NCBI GenBank assembly: GCA_965206845.1
Contig: OZ242221.1
Span: forward strand, 1,216,001-1,280,000
Direction of reading: 5' to 3'
DNA length: 64,000 nucleotides
Source of the DNA: Cenarchaeum sp.
GTDB taxonomy: Archaea; Thermoproteota; Nitrososphaeria; Nitrososphaerales; Nitrosopumilaceae
The translations under genes were made by a program, and so were the position numbers. Numbering within the stretch: position 1 is the stretch's first letter; each line of letters begins with the position of its first letter. Shown here in pieces: positions 1 to 10,489 of this stretch. The notes beneath the pieces were generated by a model. It was given only the letters and a program-made list of their open reading frames with translations, had not been told where the DNA came from and did not search any database.

Positions 1-29
1 CCGCAGGCCGTTATCCACCGCGACATGAT

Positions 30-1424
30 CTATCGGTACTTGTAGTGCTGTTCAATCTCTGCATTCTCGTTGTATCGCGTCTCTTCCACCTCGACGAATT
101 TTGTCAGCTCCTTGTCTGTGTTGATTCGGAGCTCCCTTCCCTCCCACTTTGACTCTATGAGGTACGCGATCCATGCCCGGACCTGGTAGGACATCTTGCG
201 GGACATGGGCTCCAGGAACCCCTCCACAATGGTCCTCTCCGCTTCCTGCTTGCTCAGGCACCTGGTCTGGAGGTAGAAGATCTGCTCCTCGTCTATCTGT
301 GCAACGGATGCCGAGTGGGTGGCCTTGACATCGTTGGTGAAGATTTCAAGTCCGGGTATCGCCTCGGACTTGGCGCCGGGATCAAGCAGTATGGAACGGC
401 CCGAGAGGAACGATCTGGATTTTGCGGCATTCTCCATTATTCTGATCATTCCCTTGAAGAGCGACTTTGAGCTGTTCCTCAGGATTGACTTTTCGGTCAC
501 ACGGCCCTCGGTGTCATGCGCGTTGTGGTTGATGTTTGACTGTATGTCAAATGACTGGCTGCTGCTTCCAAAGACGACCTCCGAGTCGCTGGTGCCGGCC
601 CCTGGCCCGTTGAGGTGGTAGTCGATTCTGTATCTGGACAGCATTGCCCCAAAGAGGCCCAAGTACCAGTTCACCTTGCCGTCATGCTCGATATCGGTCC
701 TGCGGGTTGAAAAGTTGACCGAGTCCGCATCCATGACCTGGAGCGTAGTGGCATCAATTTGTGCCCCCGCTGCCACTCTTGCGTTGAGCAGCTCGAGGTA
801 CGCCTGCTGCTTTTGCGCGTGCGGCGAGTAGATCTCCTGCACTATCGTGGAACGGGACGCCTCGTCGGCAGATATGATGTTTCGGGATATGGTGGATGTG
901 CCGTCAACGGAGAGCGACGACACCACATGGATTGGCCTCTCAAGTACCATGCCCCGTGGCACGTGAATGAAGAACCCCGAGTTGAAGGCCGCGTTGTTTA
1001 GCGCTGTGAACTTGTCCTCCCTTGGGTTTGACGACTCCAGCGCCTCCCTTACCAGGCTACCGTTGTTCTTGAGCGCGTCTGCTATGGATGAGATTACAAG
1101 CCCCTGGGACTGCAGCTCCTCGGGCACCGAGGCGCTGATGCCGGTGCCCACCTGGACCAGACAGGCCTCGCCTGTCAGCTCCACGAGCCTCTTTTTGAGA
1201 AATTCAGGCACGCTGCCATCAGAGCCTGCTGATATCGAGACTTGCCGGGGATCCATCCTTCCGGCGTCGGTGTACTTTGTGTACAGCGGGGATGTCTCCA
1301 TGGGAAGCTCCTCGTATATCGAGAGTGAGTTTCTCCTGTGCTTCCTCAGCCAGTCCGGTTCGTTATACGCATGCGAGATGTCGTCTACAGCTTTGGGGCC
1401 GATTGTAGACAGTGCAAGAGACAT
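30..1424 (-). CDS. sufD: Fe-S cluster assembly protein SufD
   Basis: 464-aa ORF with PGLEIFTNDVKATHSASV motif; follows sufB. Confidence 0.92.
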   Translation of the reverse strand: MSLALSTIGPKAVDDISHAYNEPDWLRKHRRNSLSIYEELPMETSPLYTKYTDAGRMDPRQVSISAGSDGSVPEFLKKRLVELTGEACLVQVGTGISASVPEELQSQGLVISSIADALKNNGSLVREALESSNPREDKFTALNNAAFNSGFFIHVPRGMVLERPIHVVSSLSVDGTSTISRNIISADEASRSTIVQEIYSPHAQKQQAYLELLNARVAAGAQIDATTLQVMDADSVNFSTRRTDIEHDGKVNWYLGLFGAMLSRYRIDYHLNGPGAGTSDSEVVFGSSSQSFDIQSNINHNAHDTEGRVTEKSILRNSSKSLFKGMIRIMENAAKSRSFLSGRSILLDPGAKSEAIPGLEIFTNDVKATHSASVAQIDEEQIFYLQTRCLSKQEAERTIVEGFLEPMSRKMSYQVRAWIAYLIESKWEGRELRINTDKELTKFVEVEETRYNENAEIEQHYKYR

Positions 1425-1431
1425 GTGGACC

Positions 1432-2832
1432 CTAGCCTACCGAATCGTCCATTTCCAGCTTTATCAGCCGGTTCAGCTCCACTGCGTACTCCATGGGGAG
1501 CTCCTTGGTGAACGGCTCCATGAATCCGTTTACTATGAGGCTGAGCGCCTCCTCCTCGGTGAATCCCCGGGTCATGAGGTAGAATATCTGCTCGTCGCCT
1601 ATCTTGCCCACCGTGGCCTCGTGGGTGATGGTGGCGTCCTCTTGGTTGATCTCCATGTAGGGGTACGTGTCGGTCTTGGAGGTGTCGTCTAGCAGCAACG
1701 CGTCGCATCTTACCGTGGCCTTGACGCCGGTGGCGCCCTTTGCTACGTTGAGCAGGCCCCTGTATGTGGAGCGTCCGTTGAGGCGGCTTACCGACTTTGA
1801 GGTGATCTTTGACTTTGTGTCCGGTGCCAGGTGCACCATCTTTGCTCCGGTGTCCTGGTGCTGGTTCTTCCCCGCAAATGCGATGGACAGCGTCTCGCCG
1901 TAGGCCCGCCGTCCCAGAAGGTAGATTCCCGGGTACTTCATGGTGACCTTGCTTCCGATGTTGCCGTCGATCCACTCCACGCTGGCTCCCTCGTATGCAT
2001 AGGCGCGCTTTGTTACCAGATTGTATACGTCACTGCTCCAGTTCTGGATCGTCGTGTATCGCAGGCGGGCGTTCTTGTGCGCCACAAGCTCCACCACGGC
2101 AGAGTGCAGTGACTCTGAGGAGTAGACCGGTGCGGTGCACCCCTCTATGTAGTGAATCTCCGAGTCCTCGTCGGCAATTATCAGGGTTCTCTCAAACTGG
2201 CCGATGTTCTCGGCGTTGATTCTAAAGTATGCCTGTAGTGGCATGTCGACCTTTACGCCAGGGGGCACGTAGATGAACGAGCCACCGCTCCATACGGCGC
2301 TGTTGAGTGCCGCAAACTTGTTGTCCTCGGGGGGAATTATCTTTCCAAAGTACTTTCTAAATATCTCTGGCTGCTCCTTTAGCGCGGTGTCTGTGTCCAG
2401 GAACAGCACGCCCTGCTTCTGCAGGTCTTCTCGCAGGCTGTGGTACACCACCTCTGACTCGTACTGGGCTCCGACGCCGGCCAAGAACTTCTTCTCCGCC
2501 TCGGGGATTCCCAGCTTGTCAAACGTGTTCTTGACATCATCGGGAACGTCATCCCAGTTCTTCTCTGTCTTCTCGGATGCCTTTGCATAGTAGTATATGT
2601 TCTGAAAATCTATCGAGCTGAGATCGGCTCCCCAGTTGGGCATGGGCTTCTTCATAAAGGTCTCATAGGCGCGCAGCCTAAAGTCAAGCATCCACTGCGG
2701 CTCGTCCTTCATCTTGCTGATGCTCTTTACAACCTCCTTGGAGAGGCCCTTCTTTGAAAGGTGGACGTACAGCTCGGTGGAGTCCTTGAAATCATACTTT
2801 GAGTAATCCATCTCGATATTTTTGGCTGCCAC
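1432..2832 (-). CDS. sufB: Fe-S cluster assembly protein SufB
   Basis: Motifs [30 protein letters not shown]. Confidence 0.97.
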   Translation of the reverse strand: MAAKNIEMDYSKYDFKDSTELYVHLSKKGLSKEVVKSISKMKDEPQWMLDFRLRAYETFMKKPMPNWGADLSSIDFQNIYYYAKASEKTEKNWDDVPDDVKNTFDKLGIPEAEKKFLAGVGAQYESEVVYHSLREDLQKQGVLFLDTDTALKEQPEIFRKYFGKIIPPEDNKFAALNSAVWSGGSFIYVPPGVKVDMPLQAYFRINAENIGQFERTLIIADEDSEIHYIEGCTAPVYSSESLHSAVVELVAHKNARLRYTTIQNWSSDVYNLVTKRAYAYEGASVEWIDGNIGSKVTMKYPGIYLLGRRAYGETLSIAFAGKNQHQDTGAKMVHLAPDTKSKITSKSVSRLNGRSTYRGLLNVAKGATGVKATVRCDALLLDDTSKTDTYPYMEINQEDATITHEATVGKIGDEQIFYLMTRGFTEEEALSLIVNGFMEPFTKELPMEYAVELNRLIKLEMDDSVG

Positions 2833-2896
2833 GATCCTGTATGTGATGTGTTGCTATAAAAAACTACGGAAAATAAGGTATAGCTAAGAGGGCCCT

Positions 2897-3259
2897 TCAG
2901 CCCTGGTTGTCGCGGATCAGATCTGCAATGTACCTCTCCACCTCGATCATCTCCTGTTGGAAGGATCCGTAGACCCATTTCTCCGGGTTCTCGCTGCACC
3001 CAACCCGGTCTGTCTGCAGCTGGAGTTCGTCTGCCCGGGCATTAAAGTCGTCGATCCGCTCTGTGTCGTCAGGGCCCAGGTCTGCCCTGGCCGCCTCGAC
3101 TGAGAGATCCATGACCTGCCGCGCCAGATCCCTGCACTGCTGGATGTACGCCGGATCCGCAGGCTCGCCCCTCTCCTGCGCCAGGATCACATACAGGGAT
3201 ACGGTTACCGCGGCAAATACGGCAACCCCGATCATAACTTGGTGTCTCAGGTTGAGCAT
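2897..3259 (-). CDS. Hypothetical membrane-anchored protein
   Basis: N-terminal hydrophobic helix and a helical domain with two Cys; start taken at ATG 3259. Confidence 0.6.
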   Translation of the reverse strand: MLNLRHQVMIGVAVFAAVTVSLYVILAQERGEPADPAYIQQCRDLARQVMDLSVEAARADLGPDDTERIDDFNARADELQLQTDRVGCSENPEKWVYGSFQQEMIEVERYIADLIRDNQG

Positions 3260-3375
3260 GTCTCGGCTCCGTGCGATGCGTATTTTATTCTTGGGCGGTC
3301 CGAGCATGGTACGGGCCTCCTGGCATGGGCGCGGGCTTGGATGCCTGGCCAGGTCTTTGCGCCAGGCCTGGCAGA

Positions 3376-3849
3376 TTACCAGGTTATGTGCTGGATAAAC
3401 TCAAACCCCTCGCTCATGCGGGGCGGCTCCATCTCGCCAAGGAACCCGCCAAGAACCGCGTCATCCAGCCTGCCTTCGCGCCCCGCGTTTCGCACGTATG
3501 CCTGCCGCGTATTCATAAAGAATATCGCCTTGATGCTGGCACCATGCTCCTGAGCCAGGCTGATGTGGACCCTGCGTATCTCCTCTGTCACGTTTGTGTC
3601 GTCGATGACTATGTTTCTGCCTCCCTTGAGCGCGTCGTGCACCATGACGTACTCCATCTGCCTGTTCCTGCTCAACCCCATGGCGTGTGGCGGCTCGCCA
3701 CTCTCACACCGCCTCTGGAGCCCGTGCCTTCTGCTCGCCGGAAACCGCTTGAGCGCATCCAGGGATATGTGAACGTGATCCGGAAATGCGACTTTTGCAA
3801 GCGTCGTCTTTCCGCTGCCCGGAATTCCGATCATCAGTATGACCTCCAT
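3376..3849 (-). CDS. P-loop kinase (AAA_33/polynucleotide-kinase-like)
   Basis: Walker A GIPGSGKT, VIDDTN motif, C-terminal PPxxxEGF. Confidence 0.8.
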   Translation of the reverse strand: MEVILMIGIPGSGKTTLAKVAFPDHVHISLDALKRFPASRRHGLQRRCESGEPPHAMGLSRNRQMEYVMVHDALKGGRNIVIDDTNVTEEIRRVHISLAQEHGASIKAIFFMNTRQAYVRNAGREGRLDDAVLGGFLGEMEPPRMSEGFEFIQHITW

Positions 3850-4083
3850 TATGCCGGTTTGGCTCACGGGCTAGAAAATCATTGCTGCATCCTTGTGCGG
3901 TGTCGGCTTCACCTAGCCATGGGCCTGTACGTTGGAATGTGGCCTCCAGCCTGGCTTGGTGCGGCAGGCGGCCTCACGCAGTAGTGGCGCAAGGCAGGGT
4001 TATGGTGCCAACAGGCTCATTGCTGCACGATGAGACCAGAAAAGACATGCGGCAGCATACTGAAACTGATATCCATACGCCGG

Positions 4084-4755
4084 CTAGTGCCGCCTTGGCA
4101 TGAACGGTATCAGGGCCCTTACAAACTCCATGATGTTCTTTGTCTGCAGATAGATGGTTCCCGGACCCACGACCTCGATCACCAGGGCCTCTCCGCCAAA
4201 CAGCGTGGTCTTGAGGTTTCCGTGCTTTGCGACCCGGTAGTCCGCAGTGGCGCTCAGGGCAACCAGCTGGTAGTTGTCAACGATCATCCTCTCCCCGGCC
4301 TCAAGCTCCATCTTGAGAATGCCGCCCCACGCGTTAACGAACATGTCTCCGATTCCCACCGTCCTGAGCATGAAGAGGTTGCTTCCAAAGATGCCCCTGG
4401 TGAACCCCTGCCATTGCGTATCCAGCGTCAGATCTCCTGTGGAGCACACAAACGCCCCTGACTGGATAATGAACTCACGGTCAATGCGGATGGGTTCGAT
4501 GTCGCCAAGCATGTTTCCGGTAAGGCCAAGCGTGCAGTTGTCCTCCTGTGCGGTAAACTCGTTTACGAAGAACGACTCCCCGCCGAAGGCTGCCGCCTTG
4601 AGCGACTTGAGAAAGCCGCCCTTTCTCATTCTGGTCTCGGTCTCGATGTGCCCCCGGATAAAGACCATGGCCGCGGCCTCGGCTGTGACCTTCTCCCCAC
4701 GGTTCATGGTAAACTGGATCAGTCCCATCGGGTTCTTCATAACTTCATACTTCAA
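4084..4755 (-). CDS. AIM24/TIGR00266 family protein
   Basis: AEAAAMV, GGESFFVN, FGGEAL...GPGTIYLQT motifs; TTG start inferred. Confidence 0.88.
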   Translation of the reverse strand: MKYEVMKNPMGLIQFTMNRGEKVTAEAAAMVFIRGHIETETRMRKGGFLKSLKAAAFGGESFFVNEFTAQEDNCTLGLTGNMLGDIEPIRIDREFIIQSGAFVCSTGDLTLDTQWQGFTRGIFGSNLFMLRTVGIGDMFVNAWGGILKMELEAGERMIVDNYQLVALSATADYRVAKHGNLKTTLFGGEALVIEVVGPGTIYLQTKNIMEFVRALIPFMPRRH

Positions 4756-4880
4756 CTGCGCATTATGGGCAAATGTCTTGCAATTTAGGTATTTCCACGC
4801 CGCGCCCAGCCGTCCCAGGCCGCGGCCAGCCCATGGCCCGGTAGGTGGTTTATAGATGGCCGGCACCAAGTACCGGTACT

Positions 4881-5546
4881 GTGCCTGAACTGAAGACAAT
4901 CGAGTCGCTCAACAGGGAGATTTCAGAATGCAAGAGGTGCCCCCGGCTTGCATCGTACATCCGGGATGTCGCAAGGAACAAGACACGGCGCTTTCGGAAC
5001 CAAGAGTACCACGGACGGCCGCTGCCGGGATTCGGCGACGTCAACGCAAGGCTGCTGATCATCGGTCTGGCGCCTGCCGCACACGGCGGAAACAGGACCG
5101 GGAGGATGTTTACCGGAGACTCGTCGGGCGATTGGCTTGCAAGGGTGATGCACATCCACGGGTTCGCCTCTATTCCAACCAGCCAGGCTAAGGGAGACGG
5201 GCTGGTTCTCAAAAACGCATACGTCACCGCGGCTGTGAGATGCGCGCCCCCGCAGAACAGGCCCACAAGGGAGGAGATGGACTCCTGTCACCCGTATCTG
5301 GAGCGGGAACTGAAGATTCTGGGCAACGTCACCACGATTCTGTGCCTTGGACAGATTGCCTATGGCTCTGCATGCAGGCTGTACGGGGTAAAGCGTGAAA
5401 GGTTTGGTCACAACAGGCTGTTCAGGTATGACGGGGTTCAGATTCTGACATCATACCATCCTTCAAGGCAGAACACCCAGACGGGGCGGCTGGGCTGGAA
5501 GGCGTGGTCTGACGTTTTTGAGAGGGCAAGCATGCTGGTGCGATAG
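4881..5546 (+). CDS. Uracil-DNA glycosylase, family 5 (Fe-S)
   Basis: CxxCxxL, GLAPAAHGGNRTGRMFTGD and YHPSRQNT motifs. Confidence 0.92.
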   Translation: MPELKTIESLNREISECKRCPRLASYIRDVARNKTRRFRNQEYHGRPLPGFGDVNARLLIIGLAPAAHGGNRTGRMFTGDSSGDWLARVMHIHGFASIPTSQAKGDGLVLKNAYVTAAVRCAPPQNRPTREEMDSCHPYLERELKILGNVTTILCLGQIAYGSACRLYGVKRERFGHNRLFRYDGVQILTSYHPSRQNTQTGRLGWKAWSDVFERASMLVR

Positions 5547-5661
5547 GCAGGAATCGCCGGTCGCGGTCCTGGCCACCTGAACCGTTACGGCATCCATACA
5601 CCGGAACAATCCCGCCTGCCGTTACAGCAGTCTTAATTGCGTTGTCGTTCCTCCGTCTGGT

Positions 5662-8037
5662 GTGGTGAAACTGGCAGCCGTTCTGGCATTGCTCCTGGTG
5701 GTTCCTGCCGCATCGGCACAGGAGTACCCGGAGCTTGGGGTAATGGTGGAGACCGTAGCCGAGAACCTGCGGATCCCGTGGAGCATCGACTGGACTCCCG
5801 ACGGCACGGCCCTGTTTACCGAGAGGGGCGGGGATCTCAGGGCGATCCAGGGCGGGGTCCTTGTGCCCGAGCCGCTGCTGTCAGTCGAGGTCAGCGGCGT
5901 GGAGGGCGGACTGCTGGGAGTCGCAGTTGATCCAGACTTTGGGGACAACCGCTACGTCTACCTGTACTACACCTACAACGAGTTTATCTCGACCGCGAAC
6001 AAGGTGGTCCGCTACCAGTTCGCCGACGGGGTGGTGGCCGAGGACATGGTACTGATAGACGGAATCCCGGGAGGGCCGTTCCACGACGGCGGAAGAATCC
6101 AGTTTGGGCCGGACGGAAAGCTCTACATCACCACGGGGGACGCGGGCAACGCAAACTTGGCGCAGGATCCCAACTCACTGGCGGGAAAGATTCTCAGAGT
6201 CAACCGGGACGGAACGATACCAGAGGACAACCCGTTTGACGGCTCCCCGGTCTGGTCTGTGGGGCACAGAAACCCACAGGGTGTGGACTGGGACATGTCT
6301 GGAAACCTAGTCGCAACAGAGCACGGGCCGTCGGGGCTGAGGGGCGTGGCCCACGACGAGATCAACCTCATAGTCCCGGGCGCAAACTACGGCTGGCCCG
6401 ACATCATAGGGGACGAATCGGCAGAGGGCCTGCAGGTACCGATCCTGCACACCGGGGAGGACACGTGGGCGCCGTCGGGTGCGGAGTTCTATGACGGGGA
6501 CAGGATCCCCAAATGGACGGGCAAATATTTTGTTGCAACGTTGCGGGGCAGCCACCTGCACGTGGTTGATCTTGATCTGCAGAACAACTCGGTAATCTCC
6601 CATGAGCGGCTGTTCCAGGGCGAGTTTGGAAGGCTGCGGGACGTGCAGACGGGACCCGACGGGCTCCTGTACCTTCTGACTAGCAACCGTGACGGCAGGG
6701 GGCATCCGGACCTGAACGACGATCGGATTCTTCGAGTTGTCCCGTTATCCGTGGGGGTGGGCAGCTTTGATGACTGTGTTGCGGCAGGCAATCCGGTGAT
6801 GGAGTCGCACCCGCGACAGTGCAGTACCGCAGACGGGCTGCGCTTTGTTGATGTGCCAGGCGGCTGCGTGGATGTCTCCGAGTCGGATCCGATCAGCGTC
6901 AGCGCGGATGTGGAGGATCTTAATCCTGGGATTTTGGCCATAATAAGGGGATGCGTCCACGAGACTGCGCGTACAGGGATGATCAGCGTCATGGTTCTGG
7001 ATCCTGACGGCCGCATCATCCAGGGATATCCGGTCGTTCTGGATCATGGCGGGTCGTTTGCCGTATCCGTCATCGGACTGGATCATGGCGGGATATACTC
7101 TGCAACAGTTGACTTGGACGGCCAGGATGCGGGGACGACCACGTTTGCGGTTCCGGACAGGCCGTATGCCAGGGACACTCCCATAATTGCATTTGTTGGT
7201 AGGAGCGTGGGTTACAGCGATGCGGCCCCCGACAGAGCGCATGTTGGCGATGCCGGCATAACGATAGATGCCGGTAGCAGATTCTGGAGAGACCATTTTG
7301 AGGTAGGGGACACGGTCAGCGGGGAGGTACACTTTTTTGGCCAGGCGGCGGATCCCGGTAAGGCAAGCACCGGAACGGCAGACATCATGCTGACGATGCC
7401 GTCGGGCAGGACGGTAACCATGGCGGGCCGCATTCCGGTCTCTGGCAGCTACGTGGAGTTCGCAATTCCGGTCGCAGAAGGCCTTGATCCGGGAGCATAT
7501 CTTCTTCACACAACATACACGGCCGACGGCGCCGGACATCCGGCAGAATACCAGGCGGCGTTCCACATAGGACAGAGCCGGCACTTTTTGTATGCCGGCG
7601 AGGGCGGACCGCTGAGCGCAAGCGCGCAGTACGTGGAGTATGCGGTATCGCCGATCAGCTTTGATATCGACTCGAAGAGCGTCAGCTTTGATTTTGAGAG
7701 GCTAGACGACCGGCCTGCGCCGCCGGGGCACCCGTTGCAGGCCGGCATCGGAGTACTGATCGAGAGGCCCCTGATCTCCCCACCGTATGTCATAGCGGTG
7801 GAGTCAGACAGCGGTACGGCATATCGGGAAGATCATAAAATAGGCATCACCGAGGATAACTTCTACAGGTATGAGCTGGTGCCAGACGAGGGCGTGAAGC
7901 GGGGAACCGTGACGATAACCGGGACGTACGTAATTCCGGAGTTTGGGATCGTCGCATCGGCGGTTTTGGTGATCGGACTGGCCTCAATGGCCGTACTCTC
8001 CTCTAGACTCCTGCCGGGAATGCGGATCTGTAGATGA
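5662..8037 (+). CDS. Exported PQQ-dependent sugar dehydrogenase (GSDH beta-propeller) with C-terminal extension and PEFG-CTERM anchor
   Basis: Signal peptide; HDGGRIQFGPDG, GHRNPQG, GRLRDV motifs; C-terminal IPEFG plus TM helix. Confidence 0.88.
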   Translation: MVKLAAVLALLLVVPAASAQEYPELGVMVETVAENLRIPWSIDWTPDGTALFTERGGDLRAIQGGVLVPEPLLSVEVSGVEGGLLGVAVDPDFGDNRYVYLYYTYNEFISTANKVVRYQFADGVVAEDMVLIDGIPGGPFHDGGRIQFGPDGKLYITTGDAGNANLAQDPNSLAGKILRVNRDGTIPEDNPFDGSPVWSVGHRNPQGVDWDMSGNLVATEHGPSGLRGVAHDEINLIVPGANYGWPDIIGDESAEGLQVPILHTGEDTWAPSGAEFYDGDRIPKWTGKYFVATLRGSHLHVVDLDLQNNSVISHERLFQGEFGRLRDVQTGPDGLLYLLTSNRDGRGHPDLNDDRILRVVPLSVGVGSFDDCVAAGNPVMESHPRQCSTADGLRFVDVPGGCVDVSESDPISVSADVEDLNPGILAIIRGCVHETARTGMISVMVLDPDGRIIQGYPVVLDHGGSFAVSVIGLDHGGIYSATVDLDGQDAGTTTFAVPDRPYARDTPIIAFVGRSVGYSDAAPDRAHVGDAGITIDAGSRFWRDHFEVGDTVSGEVHFFGQAADPGKASTGTADIMLTMPSGRTVTMAGRIPVSGSYVEFAIPVAEGLDPGAYLLHTTYTADGAGHPAEYQAAFHIGQSRHFLYAGEGGPLSASAQYVEYAVSPISFDIDSKSVSFDFERLDDRPAPPGHPLQAGIGVLIERPLISPPYVIAVESDSGTAYREDHKIGITEDNFYRYELVPDEGVKRGTVTITGTYVIPEFGIVASAVLVIGLASMAVLSSRLLPGMRICR

Positions 8038-8127
8038 GGGTTAAAGCAGGCCCTCTTTGGCGCTGGCGTGCCAGATTTGGATCACATTTGGATTAACGAT
8101 AATATACCAAGACCACGGCATACATTC

Positions 8128-8778
8128 ATGAATAAACGACTGGCGGCTATTGGGGCCGTCGTGATACTCGGGGCAATTGCCACAGCTGCGCTGTCGCCTT
8201 ACTTTACAGAATCAACTGTGGATGAGGCACTGCCAGAAGGCGTAATTGTTCCGCCAACAATAGAGCCCAAAGACAGTATGACAGAAGACGACGCCATGGT
8301 GGATGACGCTATGAAGGACGACGATGCCATGATGGACGATACTATGAAGGACGACGACGCCATGATGGACGATACTATGAAGGACGACGACGCCATGATG
8401 GACGATACTATGAAGGACGACGACGCCATGATGGATGACATGGTGGAGACTCCTACGAGCTATGCCGGAACATTTGTCGGGGTTGGAGACGGAATCCATC
8501 ATGCGGAAGGCAACGCATATGCACTCCCATTGGAGGACGGCGGTAACGTACTGAGAATGGAGAACTTCCGGACAACCAACGGTCCTGACCTGTTTGTCTA
8601 TCTGGCAACTGACAAGGGGGCGTCGGAGTTTATCAACCTGGGAGTGCTCAAGGCAAGCATGGGAAACCAGAACTACGACATACCAGAAGGCACGGATCTT
8701 GACAAATACGATACTGTGCTGATCTGGTGCAGGGCATTCTCTTTGTACTTTGGAAGTGCAGAGTTGTCCCTCCAGTAA
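8128..8778 (+). CDS. DM13-domain membrane protein with Met/Asp-rich linker
   Basis: N-terminal TM; NGPDLFVYL, GNQNY and VLIWCRAF DM13 motifs. Confidence 0.88.
   Translation: MNKRLAAIGAVVILGAIATAALSPYFTESTVDEALPEGVIVPPTIEPKDSMTEDDAMVDDAMKDDDAMMDDTMKDDDAMMDDTMKDDDAMMDDTMKDDDAMMDDMVETPTSYAGTFVGVGDGIHHAEGNAYALPLEDGGNVLRMENFRTTNGPDLFVYLATDKGASEFINLGVLKASMGNQNYDIPEGTDLDKYDTVLIWCRAFSLYFGSAELSLQ
8311..8440 (+). repeat. 33-bp coding tandem repeat (MKDDDAMMDDT) x about 4
   Basis: Unit atgaaggacgacgacgccatgatggacgatact starts at 8311, 8344, 8377 and 8410. Confidence 0.95.
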
Positions 8779-8787
8779 TTTTTTTTT
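8779..8787 (+). terminator. Archaeal oligo-T terminator
   Basis: T9 run immediately after the DM13 stop codon. Confidence 0.6.
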
Positions 8788-8945
8788 AATCCATTAGATC
8801 GCGGCCCGTGCGGGGGCGCGTTCTACATTCGGCCGCCGGGATGCGCATCCGGAGGCGCCTTCATCGGGTGCGGGGATCTCGTACGGGACCGCATCGTGCC
8901 AAGACGAGTTCCCTTAATGCGTGTATTTGCGTCCAAAGTGTGCGG

Positions 8946-9737
8946 CTATTCTGATACCGCGTCCGTGATCGCATCAAGGGCACCTGGAACCGTGTGCACC
9001 TGTGCCGTGGTGCCCTGAACGCCATGCTCTGCCAGCTCGTCGGCCGTAAATGGGCCGATGGAGACCACCTTCATGCCCTTTAGTCCCTCTAGCAGAGCCT
9101 CCTTGCCGTGATGCCTCTGCATTATCTCAAAGAATCCGCGCACCGAGGACGCGCTGGTGAATATGATTCCGTCCACGGCCGACTGCAGAAACAGCTGCGC
9201 AAAGTCGTCCCAGTCAGGCGTGTCAGCCACCGCGCGCACGTCATACATGTGGAGTTCCTTGACGTCAAGTCCGATCTTCTGTAGCAGATCCCTGAGGAAC
9301 GGTGTGGATGCGCTGCTCCGGGGCACCAGCGCCTTTCTTCCTACGGCTCCCAGCCTTGTGAGCACCTCGCCCACGCCCACAGAGGAGAATGTCCGCGCCG
9401 GCATGTTGTTGGTCTTAATTCCGTGTTTTTGCAGTGCGGCCCGGGTCGCCGGACCTACGGCAACTACCGTGGTGTTTGCTATTGCCAGCTGCAACCGGGG
9501 CTTGTCCTTGGCCGAGTCAAAGAGGAGCCTTACCGCCTTCGAGCTCATAAAGATGCAGTAGTCAGGATCGTACTGCTGCATTTGATCCAGAAACTCGTCT
9601 GCTATGTCGGGACTTCTTGCCACCAGCTGGATTGTGGGCAGAGCAATCGGCCTTGCCCCGCGCTTCTCTGCCATGGCGATAAACTCCTTTGCGTCGTCCT
9701 TCGAGCGGGTTATTGCGATGGTCTTTTTGTGCAGCAT
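8946..9737 (-). CDS. hemD: Uroporphyrinogen-III synthase
   Basis: IAITRS, AVGPAT, IFTSASSV, SIGPFT motifs; last gene of the hem operon. Confidence 0.92.
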   Translation of the reverse strand: MLHKKTIAITRSKDDAKEFIAMAEKRGARPIALPTIQLVARSPDIADEFLDQMQQYDPDYCIFMSSKAVRLLFDSAKDKPRLQLAIANTTVVAVGPATRAALQKHGIKTNNMPARTFSSVGVGEVLTRLGAVGRKALVPRSSASTPFLRDLLQKIGLDVKELHMYDVRAVADTPDWDDFAQLFLQSAVDGIIFTSASSVRGFFEIMQRHHGKEALLEGLKGMKVVSIGPFTADELAEHGVQGTTAQVHTVPGALDAITDAVSE

Positions 9738-9739
9738 GT

Positions 9740-10489
9740 CTACCTCCACCCTATCTCTTTTGACAGATCGACCACCTTTCCTATTATAATGTTGGTTGGC
9801 GGGGTGATGCCACTCTTCCCTACCACATCTGCTATGTCCGTGAGGTCCCCCGTAACCATCCTGTGCAGTGGCGTGGTGCCGTTCTGGATTACGGCCACCG
9901 GGGTCTTGGGATCCATGCCACCCTGAACCAGCTGACGGCAGATCTCCCCGATGCGGGACAGTCCCATCATGACCACTATGGTGTCCACAGATCCTGCCAG
10001 CGCCTCCCACTTTACCGCCTCCTCGCCCTTTGTGGGGTCTTCGTGGCCCGTAACGAATGCCACCGACGAGGCGTACTGCCTGTGGGTCAATGGAATCCCC
10101 GAGTATGCGGCGGATCCGATTCCAGACGTGATCCCGGGTATGATCTCGTATCTGATCTTGTGCGCCTGCAGGTACTCGGCCTCTTCGCCTCCCCTTCCAA
10201 AGATCGTCGGATCCCCGCCCTTGAGGCGCACCACGTCCCTTCCGGCCTCTGCATGGTGCACCATCAGCCTGTTTGTGGCATCCTGGTGGGTGGTGTCATC
10301 GCCCACTGCCCTGCCCACGTAGATCTTCTGTGCACCATCCCTGGCCATTGCGAGTATCTCCTTGTTTACCAGCCTGTCGTAGAGTATGACATCTGCCTTT
10401 TGAACCAGCTCGGCTGCGCGCAGCGTGATCAGTCCGGCATCGCCCGGTCCTGCGCCCGCAATGTACACCGTTCCGGTCATCTGTTCCAC
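9740..10489 (-). CDS. cobA: Uroporphyrinogen-III C-methyltransferase
   Basis: GAGPGD, VVRLKGGDPTIFGRGGEE motifs. Confidence 0.95.
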   Translation of the reverse strand: MEQMTGTVYIAGAGPGDAGLITLRAAELVQKADVILYDRLVNKEILAMARDGAQKIYVGRAVGDDTTHQDATNRLMVHHAEAGRDVVRLKGGDPTIFGRGGEEAEYLQAHKIRYEIIPGITSGIGSAAYSGIPLTHRQYASSVAFVTGHEDPTKGEEAVKWEALAGSVDTIVVMMGLSRIGEICRQLVQGGMDPKTPVAVIQNGTTPLHRMVTGDLTDIADVVGKSGITPPTNIIIGKVVDLSKEIGWR

